From an uncultured delta proteobacterium (GTDB lineage Bacteria > Desulfobacterota > Desulfobacteria > Desulfobacterales > JAFDCJ01), in assembly GCA_963769935.1 (NCBI GenBank), contig CAVYNY010000009.1:32001-96000 (forward strand): a stretch of 64,000 nt of DNA, in the 5' to 3' direction. A model generated the notes under the pieces. It was not told the origin of the DNA, made no database searches, and saw only the letters and a program-made list of their open reading frames with translations. The first letter of the stretch is position 1, and every line of letters starts with the position of its first letter. Shown piece after piece: positions 50,536 to 60,829 of this stretch. The translations under genes and the position numbers were made by a program.

Positions 50536-50601
50536 ATGAAACCCGGCACGAAGGAGCAAGCGGAGAGCATGTTTCCTGAAATGAAGGTAAAATCAAGGTA
50601 A
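50536..50601 (+). pseudogene. CsbD-family stress protein remnant
   Basis: AGGAGG RBS, MKPGTKEQAESMFPEMK followed by a frameshifted (G)KIK, resembling CsbD N-termini. Confidence 0.5.
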
Positions 50602-51054
50602 TAATTTGGTAATATTTGTCGAATCAGGATAAGTGCAATGAAAAAATATATTTCTGGTAAAATGTGCTCCTCATGCCAATCGCCGACAAGGATGCGGATT
50701 CGGCGCAAACACGCAAACAATGGATGCGAGACATACCTTTTAGCAAGCATTATTATTGTCTTAACTGTGGAGGCACCTATATCATTCTTGGTGGGCGCTT
50801 GTCATACCTCTCGATTGGTTAGAAAAAGATGACACTTAAATTTGCTTAAACCACATGTATCATCGTGTTTGAATAACTACCTAAAATTTATTTAAGAAAA
50901 GCAGTTCTCACTTCTCCAAACTGCCCTGAAAGTGAACAGTTTAAAAACTTTATTGAAAATGATTGGGGAAAGGTTTCTGAAGAGGATATCAGAAGCCTAA
51001 ATTTGCTGAGCATCACTAAGTATCGCTTACTACAAATTTAAAAGGAGGTTGAAG

Positions 51055-51354
51055 ATGAAGGGTTCTAAGTTAAAAATTCTATTTTGTCTAGCGCTAAGCC
51101 TCACCTTTTTATTGGCACCCTTTGCACTTGATTTTACTCCGACTGGAAATGCCTATGCTTTATCAGGAGGCGGTGGTGCTGGAAGTAATCATCCCGCGCC
51201 AAAAGCGACTATCCAAAGGGCTGGAAACGGTTATACCATGTCTGGCGGAGAGACTGTCCAGCCAATCTCTGTCCCAGAACCCGGAACCCTTCTTCTAGTG
51301 GGTCTCGGCATTGCTGGCCTCGCAATTTTTCGTAGAAAGAAATTTTTAAAGTAA
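51055..51354 (+). CDS. small PEP-CTERM sorting-domain protein
   Basis: Signal peptide ending AYA, VPEPGTLLLVGLGIAGLAIFRRKK. Confidence 0.88.
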   Translation: MKGSKLKILFCLALSLTFLLAPFALDFTPTGNAYALSGGGGAGSNHPAPKATIQRAGNGYTMSGGETVQPISVPEPGTLLLVGLGIAGLAIFRRKKFLK

Positions 51355-51739
51355 CATTTTAGGATAGTACGATTTCTTTTTATGCCGCGAAATATACAAG
51401 GATGATCTCTATGTTTCGTGGCATTTTGGTTTTTGTTCGTGTACTGCATAGCTAAGCCGCCAATCCCAAAATTTCATATGTACAAAACACCAAGAATTTT
51501 GAAGCGCCGAAAAACTTGAGATTTTAACAAAACCTCCACTGAATATTGAAGTGCGCTTTTCTGGTATTATCACGGAATTTTGCTGCACCGGTCTTCAAGC
51601 AACCGACGATAGGAAGCTTATGTCACGTTTAATATACTGCAAAAAAAGGTTTGATTATTCAGAAGATTCTAATATTATGGTGGATATATTAGGGTGGGTT
51701 TTGAAGAGCGCATCGGACCCCTTATAAGTAAGAGCAGAA

Positions 51740-53780
51740 ATGTATCTTTCGTTCTACAAAATAAAGGAAAAGCCTTTCAGCATCAACACCGATCCCCGGT
51801 TTCTTTGGTATGGGGAAAAACATGGGGAAGCCCTGGCCAATCTTAAATATGGTCTTATGGAGGAAAACGGCTATGTGGTTATGACAGGTGACGCTGGGAC
51901 GGGTAAAACTACGTTGGTGAATGCGCTCATAGAAACATTGGACGATAATGTACTCGTTGCCAAGATTAGCCATCCCACTTTCGGCGCTGACGAATTTCTT
52001 TACTTAGTGGCTAAAACGTACGACTCGACGGTCGAAGTCGCTGGCAAGGCCGATTGTTGGTTCTTTTTCAAATCTTTTCTACAACAGGCGCATGCCGAAG
52101 GCAAAACCACCACTCTCATTATCGACGAGGCTCATCGCTTACCTAAGGCGTCCCTTGAAGAAATACGTCTGCTATCCAACATCGAACAGGCGTACAATAA
52201 ACTTATCAACATCTTCTTAGTCGGACAGAAAGAATTAAAGCTGACACTGTCGTCTCCGGAGTGCAGCGCGCTGCGGCAGAGGATCACGCTTTTTTATGAC
52301 ATTCAACCGCTGTCCGAAGATGAGACCCGGGACTATGTGGTTCACCGTTTGAAAGTTGCCGGCACTGAGGAACAGTTGTTTACCTTCGAGGCGATCCATC
52401 AGATTCAGAATTTTACGCGGGGATATCCGCGCCTCATCAATATAATTTGCGATCGTGCGATGTTGACGGGCTATTTGAAAGAGCAAAAAATGATCGATGC
52501 AGGTATTGTCTCTGAGTGCGCCCGTGAAATCAGCTTTCTTGATACTACGGCATCTGATACCGAAACCATTAAGATTGACAAATTTTCAACGCAGACCCCC
52601 CCGCCGTTGCCGGGTCGTGGATTCATAAGGAGGATCACAAGAACAGCGCCCGAGGAGAATCGAATTCCATGCGGACACGCGTCCGCACAAAAAATGTCAA
52701 AAATGCCACTTATCAAAAGGCCACCACTTCATTGGTGAAAAAGAACCAACGGAAATTGACAGCGATCGGACTCCTTGCAGCCACCGTTCTTGTGGCCTTT
52801 GTGGGGGGCATTGGCCTCAAGATGGGATCGAAGGTTAAAACAGCTGCATCGAGACATGTCGATCGAATTACACTTGCAGAAAAAGCAAGCTTTCCTGCTC
52901 GCCGTGATGCTCTTGCCGAGCTTCAGCAACCAACTGACAACGCTGAATCAGTCTCCGAAATACTTGTGCAGGACGCCCCAAAAGCGGCAACAAAATTGCA
53001 GAAACAGCAACCAGCCGAAGAAATCATCGTCTATAATAAGGAACATGCACCGGCAAGCCCGAAGCCCACAATTGCCGCAATCCCGTCGCTCAAAGAATCT
53101 CGCTCTCGTGAGGCTAAATCAAATGAGCTAAAAAAACCCGCGACGGCAGGGTCAGCTGAATTTACGCCCAAAAAATCACTAAGGAATTTAGACCGACGAC
53201 CCTGGAATTGGCAACCGCAGCGCTGAAACAACAAAACTTTAGGACGGCAATCGAACTGCTCGAAGCTGACCGGAGCCTCGATGCCCAGAAAAGTTCAAAA
53301 GCCAGGGAGCTATATTCAGAAGCACTGACTGGTCGAGCTGGCCAGATTATGGAGAGATCACCACTCGAAGCTGAAACCATGATGCGCAAAGCCGTAGAAG
53401 CGGATCCTAAAAATATCAGAGCCCACTTTGAGCTGGGCAAAATTTACACTCAAACCAAAAAATACGCCCAAGCCATCGACGCCTATCAAAATGCCGTTGC
53501 CCTGAATCCTAATTTTTCCGACGCTTTTTTCAACCTTGGTTTCATCTATGCTACAACCGGTAACTACAAAGAAGCAGAAATTGTTTTTACAAGAGTTGTC
53601 CACTTGAAGCCTACTTATCTTGACAAGGCGCTCTTTAACCTCGCTCTGGTGCAGGAAAGGCTCGGGGAAAAGCAGGAGAGCTTGGCAAATCTGAAAAAGG
53701 CGGTCACTGTCAGGCCGGAGGATAAAAGAATTCAAGCCTATTTAAAACAAGTTGAAATTAGCGCAAAGGAGAGCCCATGA
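51740..53780 (+). CDS. ExeA/GspA-family AAA ATPase-TM-TPR protein, split by two frameshifts
   Basis: MY..F...EKPF...DP.F, GDAGTGKTT, IIDEAH, LVGQ.EL, LRQRI, GYPRLIN..CD. Frame changes near C7 (about 52600) and A6 (about 53172). TPR repeats at the C-terminus. Confidence 0.75.
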
Positions 53781-54328
53781 TGGATGTGACGAAAGTATCA
53801 ACCGTCCGTTGCATTATGGTGATGGTCATTTTATGGTCGTTCGGCTGTAGCATATTTCAACCGGCCGGGCAAGAAAAAGTACCGCCTGAGACTCCTGTAC
53901 CACTTGCGACCAAACAGGCTCTGGATTCCCCTAAGGATGCACGCCCACTGCCACCACCCAAAGTAAAATATCTTAACCACAAAATCAAATGGCCGGGTGA
54001 GAATCTCAGTTTGATTGCTCGTTGGTATACCGGATCAGCCAAAAACTGGATGCGCTTGGTAGAGGCCAATCCGGGAATCGAACCGAGACGGATCAAAATA
54101 GGGGATTCAATTTTAATTCCAGAAGACCTCTTGAAAACCCGGCAACCCATGCCGATTGAGTTCCTGTCTTCTGCGACCTCCCCCCAAAAAGCGCCTCCGT
54201 CACCATCGGCAAAAAAGGCAGGTAATTCCGATAAAATCGATCTTTTTGGGCCGATCGATACCGAGGCCCAAACAAGCGACGCTGATGATATCGACTCCCC
54301 CTTGCCCTTGGAGACCATTGAGGAATAA
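53777..54328 (+). CDS. LysM-domain lipoprotein
   Basis: Lipobox-like FGC, H....GENLSLIA.WYTG...W..L..ANP......IKIGD.I.IP. Confidence 0.75.
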   Translation: MMDVTKVSTVRCIMVMVILWSFGCSIFQPAGQEKVPPETPVPLATKQALDSPKDARPLPPPKVKYLNHKIKWPGENLSLIARWYTGSAKNWMRLVEANPGIEPRRIKIGDSILIPEDLLKTRQPMPIEFLSSATSPQKAPPSPSAKKAGNSDKIDLFGPIDTEAQTSDADDIDSPLPLETIEE

Positions 54329-54588
54329 TTCGCACATCAGGCCCTGTGCTCCCTGCCAAGCTAATTGGGAATTTCAGTGGAAAATTTCGGCAAAATTATC
54401 GATTCAAATCTTAACATAATGAGACCGCTTTCTTTCATAAATTTTACCACCCAACCCGTAATTATAAGCTTACCCAAAGTTCGCGATTGAGGCTATAATG
54501 CAAATCTTTTCAAACTGGCAAAAAATTATGGACAATTCCAATGCCTTTTTAAAGCGATGGAGAACATTTGAAACTTTCACTATACTTC

Positions 54589-55215
54589 TTATGATGTTAC
54601 AAAGTGCGCTTCCAGCCGACCGGATCTCAACTCCACAATTCCCTGGAACTCCGCTGATCTGTTTTCTGAATGCATCGGCCGGAAGCGCACGCAAGGTTTA
54701 CTTATTAAACCTTTGTGCTGCAGCAATTGAGCCTGCTCCGCGGTAATGGTACCGTCCGCAAGCCCTTTTTCAATCAGCTGGTTCATAAGCTCGCGACGCT
54801 CGGACCGGAGTTGGGATTTACGCTCAATTCTATCACTATACTCCTTCGCCTGATCCGGCGTGATATATCCGCCGGCCGCCAGATATTGAACCAGGGTATT
54901 CATCTTTGCCTGCATCGCCGTGTGGAATGCCTGACGATCGATGTTGTATTCTGTCATAAATTCGCGCAGGTGATGCTCTTCCAGCTTTTGCCGGACGGTT
55001 TCGGCAGGTTGGCCGCTCAATTCGGCGAGCACTGAAACTGCCATGGTTTGTTTGGCGTAATAGGCCATGGGCCCGAGTCCGTCTTTTCCATACGCGCCGC
55101 GATGCCGAAATCCCCGACCGGCATCATCCCCCATGCCGGCGGCCACAGCAGCTCCAATGAATACCAGGCCGATTAAAAGCACACCTATGACAATGATGGT
55201 TTGATTCTTTTTCAT
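54589..55215 (-). CDS. exported helical protein, probable target of the adjacent two-component system
   Basis: Signal peptide, two G.IT..QA repeats. 3' end may be frameshifted (alternative stop near 54700). Confidence 0.65.
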   Translation of the reverse strand: MKKNQTIIVIGVLLIGLVFIGAAVAAGMGDDAGRGFRHRGAYGKDGLGPMAYYAKQTMAVSVLAELSGQPAETVRQKLEEHHLREFMTEYNIDRQAFHTAMQAKMNTLVQYLAAGGYITPDQAKEYSDRIERKSQLRSERRELMNQLIEKGLADGTITAEQAQLLQHKGLISKPCVRFRPMHSENRSAEFQGIVELRSGRLEAHFVTS

Positions 55216-55298
55216 GAGTACCTCCCTTGGTTTAGTTGGTGAATTTGAGATAACAAAAGACTTTGTTTCCCAGTGTTAATTGCACTATAACAATCGAC

Positions 55299-55331
55299 TG
55301 TGGAGAAAATATGGAGAAATTATGTGAAGTT
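55299..55331. promoter_or_regulatory. OmpR/BaeR-type direct repeats
   Basis: TGTGGAGAAAA/TATGGAGAAAT/TATGTGAAGTT with 11-bp period, minus-strand -10 TATAGT at 55284-55289. Confidence 0.6.
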
Positions 55332-55379
55332 CGTAGGGATCTCTGGAATTGTTTGATCTATGAAGTTAATTGTATTAAA

Positions 55380-55627
55380 TAAGGTTTCAGGTGTTCCGCC
55401 GAAGGCGGACCGCCGGCCAAAACAAAGGCCGATCTGATCGAAAAAGAAACATAATGGTTCACCGCCGAGACCGCCGAGACCGCCGAGAAAGAAATTTCTA
55501 ATTTGTCTCCGCGCTCTCTGCGCTCTCAGCGGTGAGACACTTCATAAAAATGACCTCGAATTTAATGAAGTTTCATACGAGCGCCGCCGCTGGCCGCAAG
55601 CGTCCAGTCTGATCGTAGAAGAAACTT
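55380..55627. repeat. composite repeat R2, copy 2, plus 9-mer inverted arms and a further partial copy
   Basis: Matches 36672-36812. CACCGCCGAGACCGCCGAG / CTCTGCGCTCTCAGCGGTG arms. GCCGCTGGCC..CCAGTCTGATCG.AGAAGAAAC at 55584-55627. Confidence 0.8.
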
Positions 55628-55713
55628 AATGTAGTTTCATATATGGTGTTAGCTCAGACGCCGTCAGCCGAAGTTTATATGGCAGGGTGGACAGTTTGAT
55701 CGGAAGAAAATTA

Positions 55714-57171
55714 ATGAAGACAAAGCTTTTCTATAAAATTTTCGCCACGTTTTTATTGACGTCTTTTATGATCGTGGCCCTGATGGTCGGCTTCATACGA
55801 TTTTATGTGACCCGCAATTTTACGGACTATGTCAACAACGCCGCCTTGGAGAGGCTCGATGACCTAAAGGACGAATTGGCTGCGGTCTATCGGCAGCATG
55901 GGGATTGGAGCTCTCTGGAAGACAATCAGCCGCGCTGGGAAGAAGTTTTGCGCTCCCAAATTCCGCGCCAAGATTTTAGCTTACGGCGGCACCCGTCCGT
56001 ATTTTCTGATTCTGAGAGTAAAACCGGTTTGCGATCTTCTCAGAGCAGCGCGTCGTCGACATCGCGCGAACGTCTTCATCGACTTGCCCGGGGGCTTGCC
56101 CTTTTTGATGCTCAGCAGCAAAAGGTCGTCGGGAGCCGGCCGGGTCTATCCGCTGAGAGTTTTACGCTGTCGGAAATCAGCGTTGACGGCAAAATCGTCG
56201 GCTGGCTGGGGCTTTATAAAAGGGAGCACCTGTCGAACCAGCGGGTGGCTGCATTTTTAGCTCAGCAATCCCGGGCATTATATCTGATCGGCGGCCCGAT
56301 TCTGCTGCTGGCAGCGATCGTTGCGTTTCTTTTGTCCAGACACTTTCTGGCACCCATCCGGCAGCTCACGGCCGGAACCCGGGCCTTGAGTTCGCGGCGA
56401 TTCGACACCCGAATCGAGGTGCATTCACAGGATGAGCTGGGACAGCTCGCCCGTGATTTCAACATGATGGCCCAAACCCTGGCAAAATACGAAAAAATGC
56501 GCCAACAATGGATCTCCGATATCTCGCATGAGCTGCGCACGCCCCTGTCTGTTTTGCGCGGCGAACTGGAAGCAATTCAAGACGGCGTGCGGGAGATGAA
56601 CCGGGAAACACTGGATTCCCTGCATGCCGAAGTGCTGCATGTAGCCAAGATCGTAAATGATCTGCATGAGCTGTCATTGGCCGATGCCGGTTCGCTTTCT
56701 TTCAACAAGGAACCGATCGACCCGCTGCTGGTTCTGGCCGACACCCTGAAAGCCTTTAGAACCCGGTTCGAGAGGCAGGCCATCGATTTGCAGGCAGATC
56801 TGGCTTCTGATGCGCGGGTCCGCATTCTGGGAGATGCAGATCGACTCACCCAGCTCTTTTCCAATCTGCTGGAAAACACCCTGCGCTATGCAGATGCGCC
56901 CGGGACTTTAAAATTGGGGTACAATCGTACGGCAAACCAAATCACGCTGTATTTTGAGGATTCCGGCCCCGGCGTGCCGCAGGCATCATTGGAGCACCTT
57001 TTTGACAGGCTCTACCGTGTGGATAAATCAAGAAGCCGCGCGCTGGGAGGCAGCGGTCTGGGCTTGAGTATTTGCAAAAGTATCGTGGATACTCTCGGGG
57101 GACAAATCAGGGCCGTCAACGCTCCATCAGGCGGTCTGCGCATTGAAATTGTGCTGCCGCTGGAAAGCTGA
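55714..57171 (+). CDS. HAMP sensor histidine kinase (BaeS-like)
   Basis: 2 TM helices, DELG.LA..FN, ISHELRTP, NLLEN..RY, DSGPG, GGSGLGL. Confidence 0.92.
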   Translation: MKTKLFYKIFATFLLTSFMIVALMVGFIRFYVTRNFTDYVNNAALERLDDLKDELAAVYRQHGDWSSLEDNQPRWEEVLRSQIPRQDFSLRRHPSVFSDSESKTGLRSSQSSASSTSRERLHRLARGLALFDAQQQKVVGSRPGLSAESFTLSEISVDGKIVGWLGLYKREHLSNQRVAAFLAQQSRALYLIGGPILLLAAIVAFLLSRHFLAPIRQLTAGTRALSSRRFDTRIEVHSQDELGQLARDFNMMAQTLAKYEKMRQQWISDISHELRTPLSVLRGELEAIQDGVREMNRETLDSLHAEVLHVAKIVNDLHELSLADAGSLSFNKEPIDPLLVLADTLKAFRTRFERQAIDLQADLASDARVRILGDADRLTQLFSNLLENTLRYADAPGTLKLGYNRTANQITLYFEDSGPGVPQASLEHLFDRLYRVDKSRSRALGGSGLGLSICKSIVDTLGGQIRAVNAPSGGLRIEIVLPLES

Positions 57172-57311
57172 GAAGATGAGAAGTTGAGAAGTTGGGAAAT
57201 AAACCGGCATTTCTTCCTTTCTCCTTGATCATCTTCAACTCAATCAATTCAATCTACTTATTCAACTCTATGAACTATGATCTATCAACTATGAACTTTC
57301 AACTATCAACC
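57170..57311. repeat. short tandem 7-8-mer tracts
   Basis: GAGAAGAT/GAGAAGTT repeats and CTATGAA/CTATCAA repeats between the kinase and regulator genes. Confidence 0.6.
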
Positions 57312-57351
57312 CATAAAGCATGTAGCTGACAAAATTGGAAAGCGAGCGTTC

Positions 57352-58047
57352 ATGGCAACCGAACATATACTTGTCGTTGAAGACGAGCAGAAAATAGCGC
57401 GGCTCATCTGCGATTATCTGGCAAAATCAGGGTATAAAACCGATCACCTGGACCGCGGCGACAAGGTCATTCCCTGCATCAAAAAAGATATGCCGGATCT
57501 GATTCTGCTGGATCTGATGCTGCCCGGCATGGAGGGTACCGACGTTTGCCGGGAGATTCGAAAATTTTCCGACGTACCGGTTATCATGATCACGGCCCGC
57601 GTCGAAGAAATCGACCGGCTGCTGGGCCTTGAGCTGGGAGCCGATGACTATATCTGCAAGCCGTTCAGCCCCCGCGAGGTGGTGGCCCGCGTCAAAGCGG
57701 TGCTGCGCCGCGCTTTGCCGAAACAGGATGTCAAGCAAATGAAAGCCGGCCCCATATTGCTGGAAGAAGACACCCACCAGGTCAGGATCGGCGATTGGAA
57801 TTTGATTTTAACTCCCAGTGAATTCGGATTGCTGAAAGTTTTTATGTCCCACCCCAACCGCGTATTTTCCCGCAGCGAATTGCTCGACCGGGTGCAGGGC
57901 TACCAGTTCGAGGGCTATGACCGCACCATCGACAGCCACGTCAAAAATCTGCGCAAAAAAATTGCCGCCGTACTCCCCGATCAGGAAATCATCAGCACGG
58001 TCTATGGCGTGGGATACAAGTTCAGCGAGCTGTCTGAAGAATCTTGA
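57352..58047 (+). CDS. OmpR-family response regulator (BaeR-like)
   Basis: VEDE, LDLMLP, GADDY.CKPFSPRE, RTIDSHVKNLR, TVYGVGY. Confidence 0.93.
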   Translation: MATEHILVVEDEQKIARLICDYLAKSGYKTDHLDRGDKVIPCIKKDMPDLILLDLMLPGMEGTDVCREIRKFSDVPVIMITARVEEIDRLLGLELGADDYICKPFSPREVVARVKAVLRRALPKQDVKQMKAGPILLEEDTHQVRIGDWNLILTPSEFGLLKVFMSHPNRVFSRSELLDRVQGYQFEGYDRTIDSHVKNLRKKIAAVLPDQEIISTVYGVGYKFSELSEES

Positions 58048-58115
58048 CACCTTGATATATCTAAATAATCCCGATTGACGGCAAACAAAATGGCAACCCG
58101 CCAGGGAGATGAACA

Positions 58116-58505
58116 ATGAACTCCAAAGAAGATAAAAGGACATCATTGGCAGCGGCTGAAAATATGATGCAGGATGAAATGGAGACACCAGCGACCGTAA
58201 TTGCCCAAGGGGCGCACGTTAAGGGGGTCATAAGCTGCCCGGATCAGCTTTCCGTTTTGGGAAGTATGGAAGGAGACATCGATTGCGGCGGGATGGTCAA
58301 AATAGGCCCTAAAGGCGTCGTGCAGGGGAATATATTTGCCCGCAAGGTCATCCTGGAAGGCGCGGTTCATGGCCATATACAATCGGCCGAATACGTTGAA
58401 ATCAAGCCCACCGGACGACTGATCGGTAATCTCAACGCCGCTAAAATCAGGCTGTTTGGGGGTTGCATTTTTGAAGGTAAGTCCATCATGCAAAGAGAAG
58501 CATAA
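58116..58505 (+). CDS. bactofilin (polymer-forming cytoskeletal protein)
   Basis: TVI..G..V.G, G.V.GNI, G..F.G beta-helix pattern. Confidence 0.8.
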   Translation: MNSKEDKRTSLAAAENMMQDEMETPATVIAQGAHVKGVISCPDQLSVLGSMEGDIDCGGMVKIGPKGVVQGNIFARKVILEGAVHGHIQSAEYVEIKPTGRLIGNLNAAKIRLFGGCIFEGKSIMQREA

Positions 58506-58515
58506 AACCGGGACT

Positions 58516-60513
58516 TTACTTCAAGACCTGATCAACCACTTCGTTTAATTCATCGATCGTGATAATTTCGAGGTCTTTTCGGATCTCTTCCGGAATTTCT
58601 CTGAGATTGGCTTCATTTTTAACCGGAAACACAACGGTTTTGATCCCGGCCCGGTGAGCGGCCAGCAACTTTTCTTTAACGCCGCCGACCGGGAGTATCC
58701 GGCCGGTTAATGTCAGTTCCCCGCTCAAGGCCGTATCCCGGCGGCAGGGTCGTCCGGTGATAAGAGACAGCAGGGCGACGGCGATCGTTAATCCTGCCGA
58801 AGGCCCGTCTTTGGGAATCGCGCCGGCGGGCACATGGATGTGAATATCATGCAGTTCGAAAAAATCCTCCGGTATGAGATATTCGCCGGTATGACTTCGG
58901 ATGTAGCTCATGGCAGCCTGGGCCGATTCCTTCATCACATTGCCGAGGGAGCCCGTCAGGATCAGCTGGCTTTTGCCTTTCATCTTGGTTGCCTCGATAA
59001 AAATAATCTCTCCTCCGCTGTCCGTCCATGCCAGGCCGGTCGCCACGCCGATTCTGTCTTTAGCCTGAGTGACCTCAAAATAAAATTTCCTGGGCCCCAG
59101 CAGGGTCTCTACGATTTCCGGAGTAACATAATCCGGCGCCTGTCTGAAATCACGGCTTAATTGATCGCGGGCGATTTTACGGCACAGGGATGCGATTTGC
59201 CGCTGAAGGTTGCGCAGACCCGCCTCCCGGGTATATTCCCTGATAATTTTGCGGACCGCCTCTTTCGCAAACCGGACGGAATCCGCGATCAGCCCGGCGG
59301 CTTGGATTTCTTTCGGAATCAGATATCTGAACGCGATCTGCTCTTTTTCCAGTTCCGTATATCCGGAAAGGTACAGGACTTCGAATCGGTCCAGCAGCGG
59401 TTCGGGTATGGGATCGATGGTATTGGCGGTGGCAATAAACATGGTCTTTGAGAGGTCAAAGGGAACATCGAGATAGTGATCCATAAATTGATTGTTCTGC
59501 TCCGGATCCAGGACTTCCAGCAGGGCTGAGGCCGGATCTCCTTTGAATTCCTGACCGATTTTGTCTATTTCATCCAGCATAAATACCGGATTCTTAGCTT
59601 CACAGCGCCTGATTTCCTGGATAATGCGTCCGGGCAGCGCCCCCACATAGCTGCGGCGGTGTCCCCTGATCTGGGCCTCGTCCTTCATACCGCCCAGGGA
59701 GATGCGAATAAATTTGCGTTCCAGGCTGCGGGCGATGGACATTCCCAGCGACGTTTTTCCGGTGCCCGGCGGTCCCACAAAACACAAAAGCGGGCCCCGG
59801 GACTCCAGCTGGGCTCTTTTTTTTGACAACGCCGCTTTGACGGTGGACCGAATCTCATCCAGCTTGAAAGGCTTGGAAAGGTAATAATAAGATCCTTTTT
59901 TCATGGCTTCTACGGCTGTCGGTACCGTCGCGTAACCGCTGATCATGATGACCTCGACGGTAGGATCCTTTTTCTTGGCCGATTCCAGCACCCCCATACC
60001 GTCGACATTTTCCATTTTAAGATCGGTAATGATGACCTCAAAACTTTGCTTTTCCAAAAGATTCAGGGCCTCTGCACCGCCGGCGGCCGTCATCACCTCG
60101 CAGCCCTCGCGAGTCAGCACATGATCCAGGTTTTTGCGGGTAATTTCCTCATCATCAACCACCAAAATGCGGTGTTTGCGCGACAGCTTCAATATCCGCA
60201 CCGCCAGGTGTTCCAAAATGCGGTCCTTAACCTCCGCCAGACCGTAATGGGCTTCGTCTAAGATGGCCTCCGCGCGCCGGATGTCCAGGTTGTCCTCGGT
60301 CGATTTGTTCCAGGGCAGACTTGCCAAATACTCGATATGGTTGGTGCCGATGGTGTATTCCGGCGCGGAAGGGCTGGTTCTATTAAGCTTTTCCAGTTCT
60401 TTGAGGGCAATTTTTTCAACCTGGGGCGGCATCCGGGCTTCCCGCACCAGTTCCACAAACCCGTCGATCTCGGTGGGTTCCTGATTGTCTTCGGCTTTTT
60501 TAAATATTCCCAT
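58516..60513 (-). CDS. lon: Lon (endopeptidase La) lacking the N-domain, with an inserted receiver domain
   Basis: LPW, HYGL..VKDRILE.LAV, then REC, then [34 protein letters not shown] (Ser), GGVKEK (Lys). Confidence 0.92.
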   Translation of the reverse strand: MGIFKKAEDNQEPTEIDGFVELVREARMPPQVEKIALKELEKLNRTSPSAPEYTIGTNHIEYLASLPWNKSTEDNLDIRRAEAILDEAHYGLAEVKDRILEHLAVRILKLSRKHRILVVDDEEITRKNLDHVLTREGCEVMTAAGGAEALNLLEKQSFEVIITDLKMENVDGMGVLESAKKKDPTVEVIMISGYATVPTAVEAMKKGSYYYLSKPFKLDEIRSTVKAALSKKRAQLESRGPLLCFVGPPGTGKTSLGMSIARSLERKFIRISLGGMKDEAQIRGHRRSYVGALPGRIIQEIRRCEAKNPVFMLDEIDKIGQEFKGDPASALLEVLDPEQNNQFMDHYLDVPFDLSKTMFIATANTIDPIPEPLLDRFEVLYLSGYTELEKEQIAFRYLIPKEIQAAGLIADSVRFAKEAVRKIIREYTREAGLRNLQRQIASLCRKIARDQLSRDFRQAPDYVTPEIVETLLGPRKFYFEVTQAKDRIGVATGLAWTDSGGEIIFIEATKMKGKSQLILTGSLGNVMKESAQAAMSYIRSHTGEYLIPEDFFELHDIHIHVPAGAIPKDGPSAGLTIAVALLSLITGRPCRRDTALSGELTLTGRILPVGGVKEKLLAAHRAGIKTVVFPVKNEANLREIPEEIRKDLEIITIDELNEVVDQVLK

Positions 60514-60535
60514 AAACTGATATACCGTAATAAAG

Positions 60536-60750
60536 GAATGCCAAAAGTGATCTAAATTGCCAAAAGTGACAAAAATTAAGGAAACGCTGCGCTGTCTTTT
60601 TATGAAATTGACAGAATAGCAAAATTTTAGCTCACTTTTCTTCAGTTTTCAAAGATCAATATAATAGAATCCTCGAGGCAAGTCAAAACTTGTTTGGGTC
60701 ATTGGAATTTGCATATTGTTTGTTATTGGTAATTTGGTGCTTATAATTTT
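60536..60750. repeat. 9-mer and 7-mer arm elements between usp and lon
   Basis: AAAGTG..C-type tandem arm, core CGCTGCGCTGTCTTTTT..AAATTGACAGAAT similar to 27881-27913, and a TTGT/TTGG heptamer arm. Confidence 0.6.
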
Positions 60751-60829
60751 TTATATACACAGAGGCACCAAAAACCAAACAACCAGCTGGTTTTTTTTTG
60801 TGCAATTCTGGGATTTAACCCTGGACATC

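Noticed and set aside
52590..53180. Programmed -1 frameshifting in the ExeA-like gene
   Set aside because: Both shifts coincide with homopolymers, no stimulatory structure is evident, and other indels occur in the window, so sequencing error is more likely
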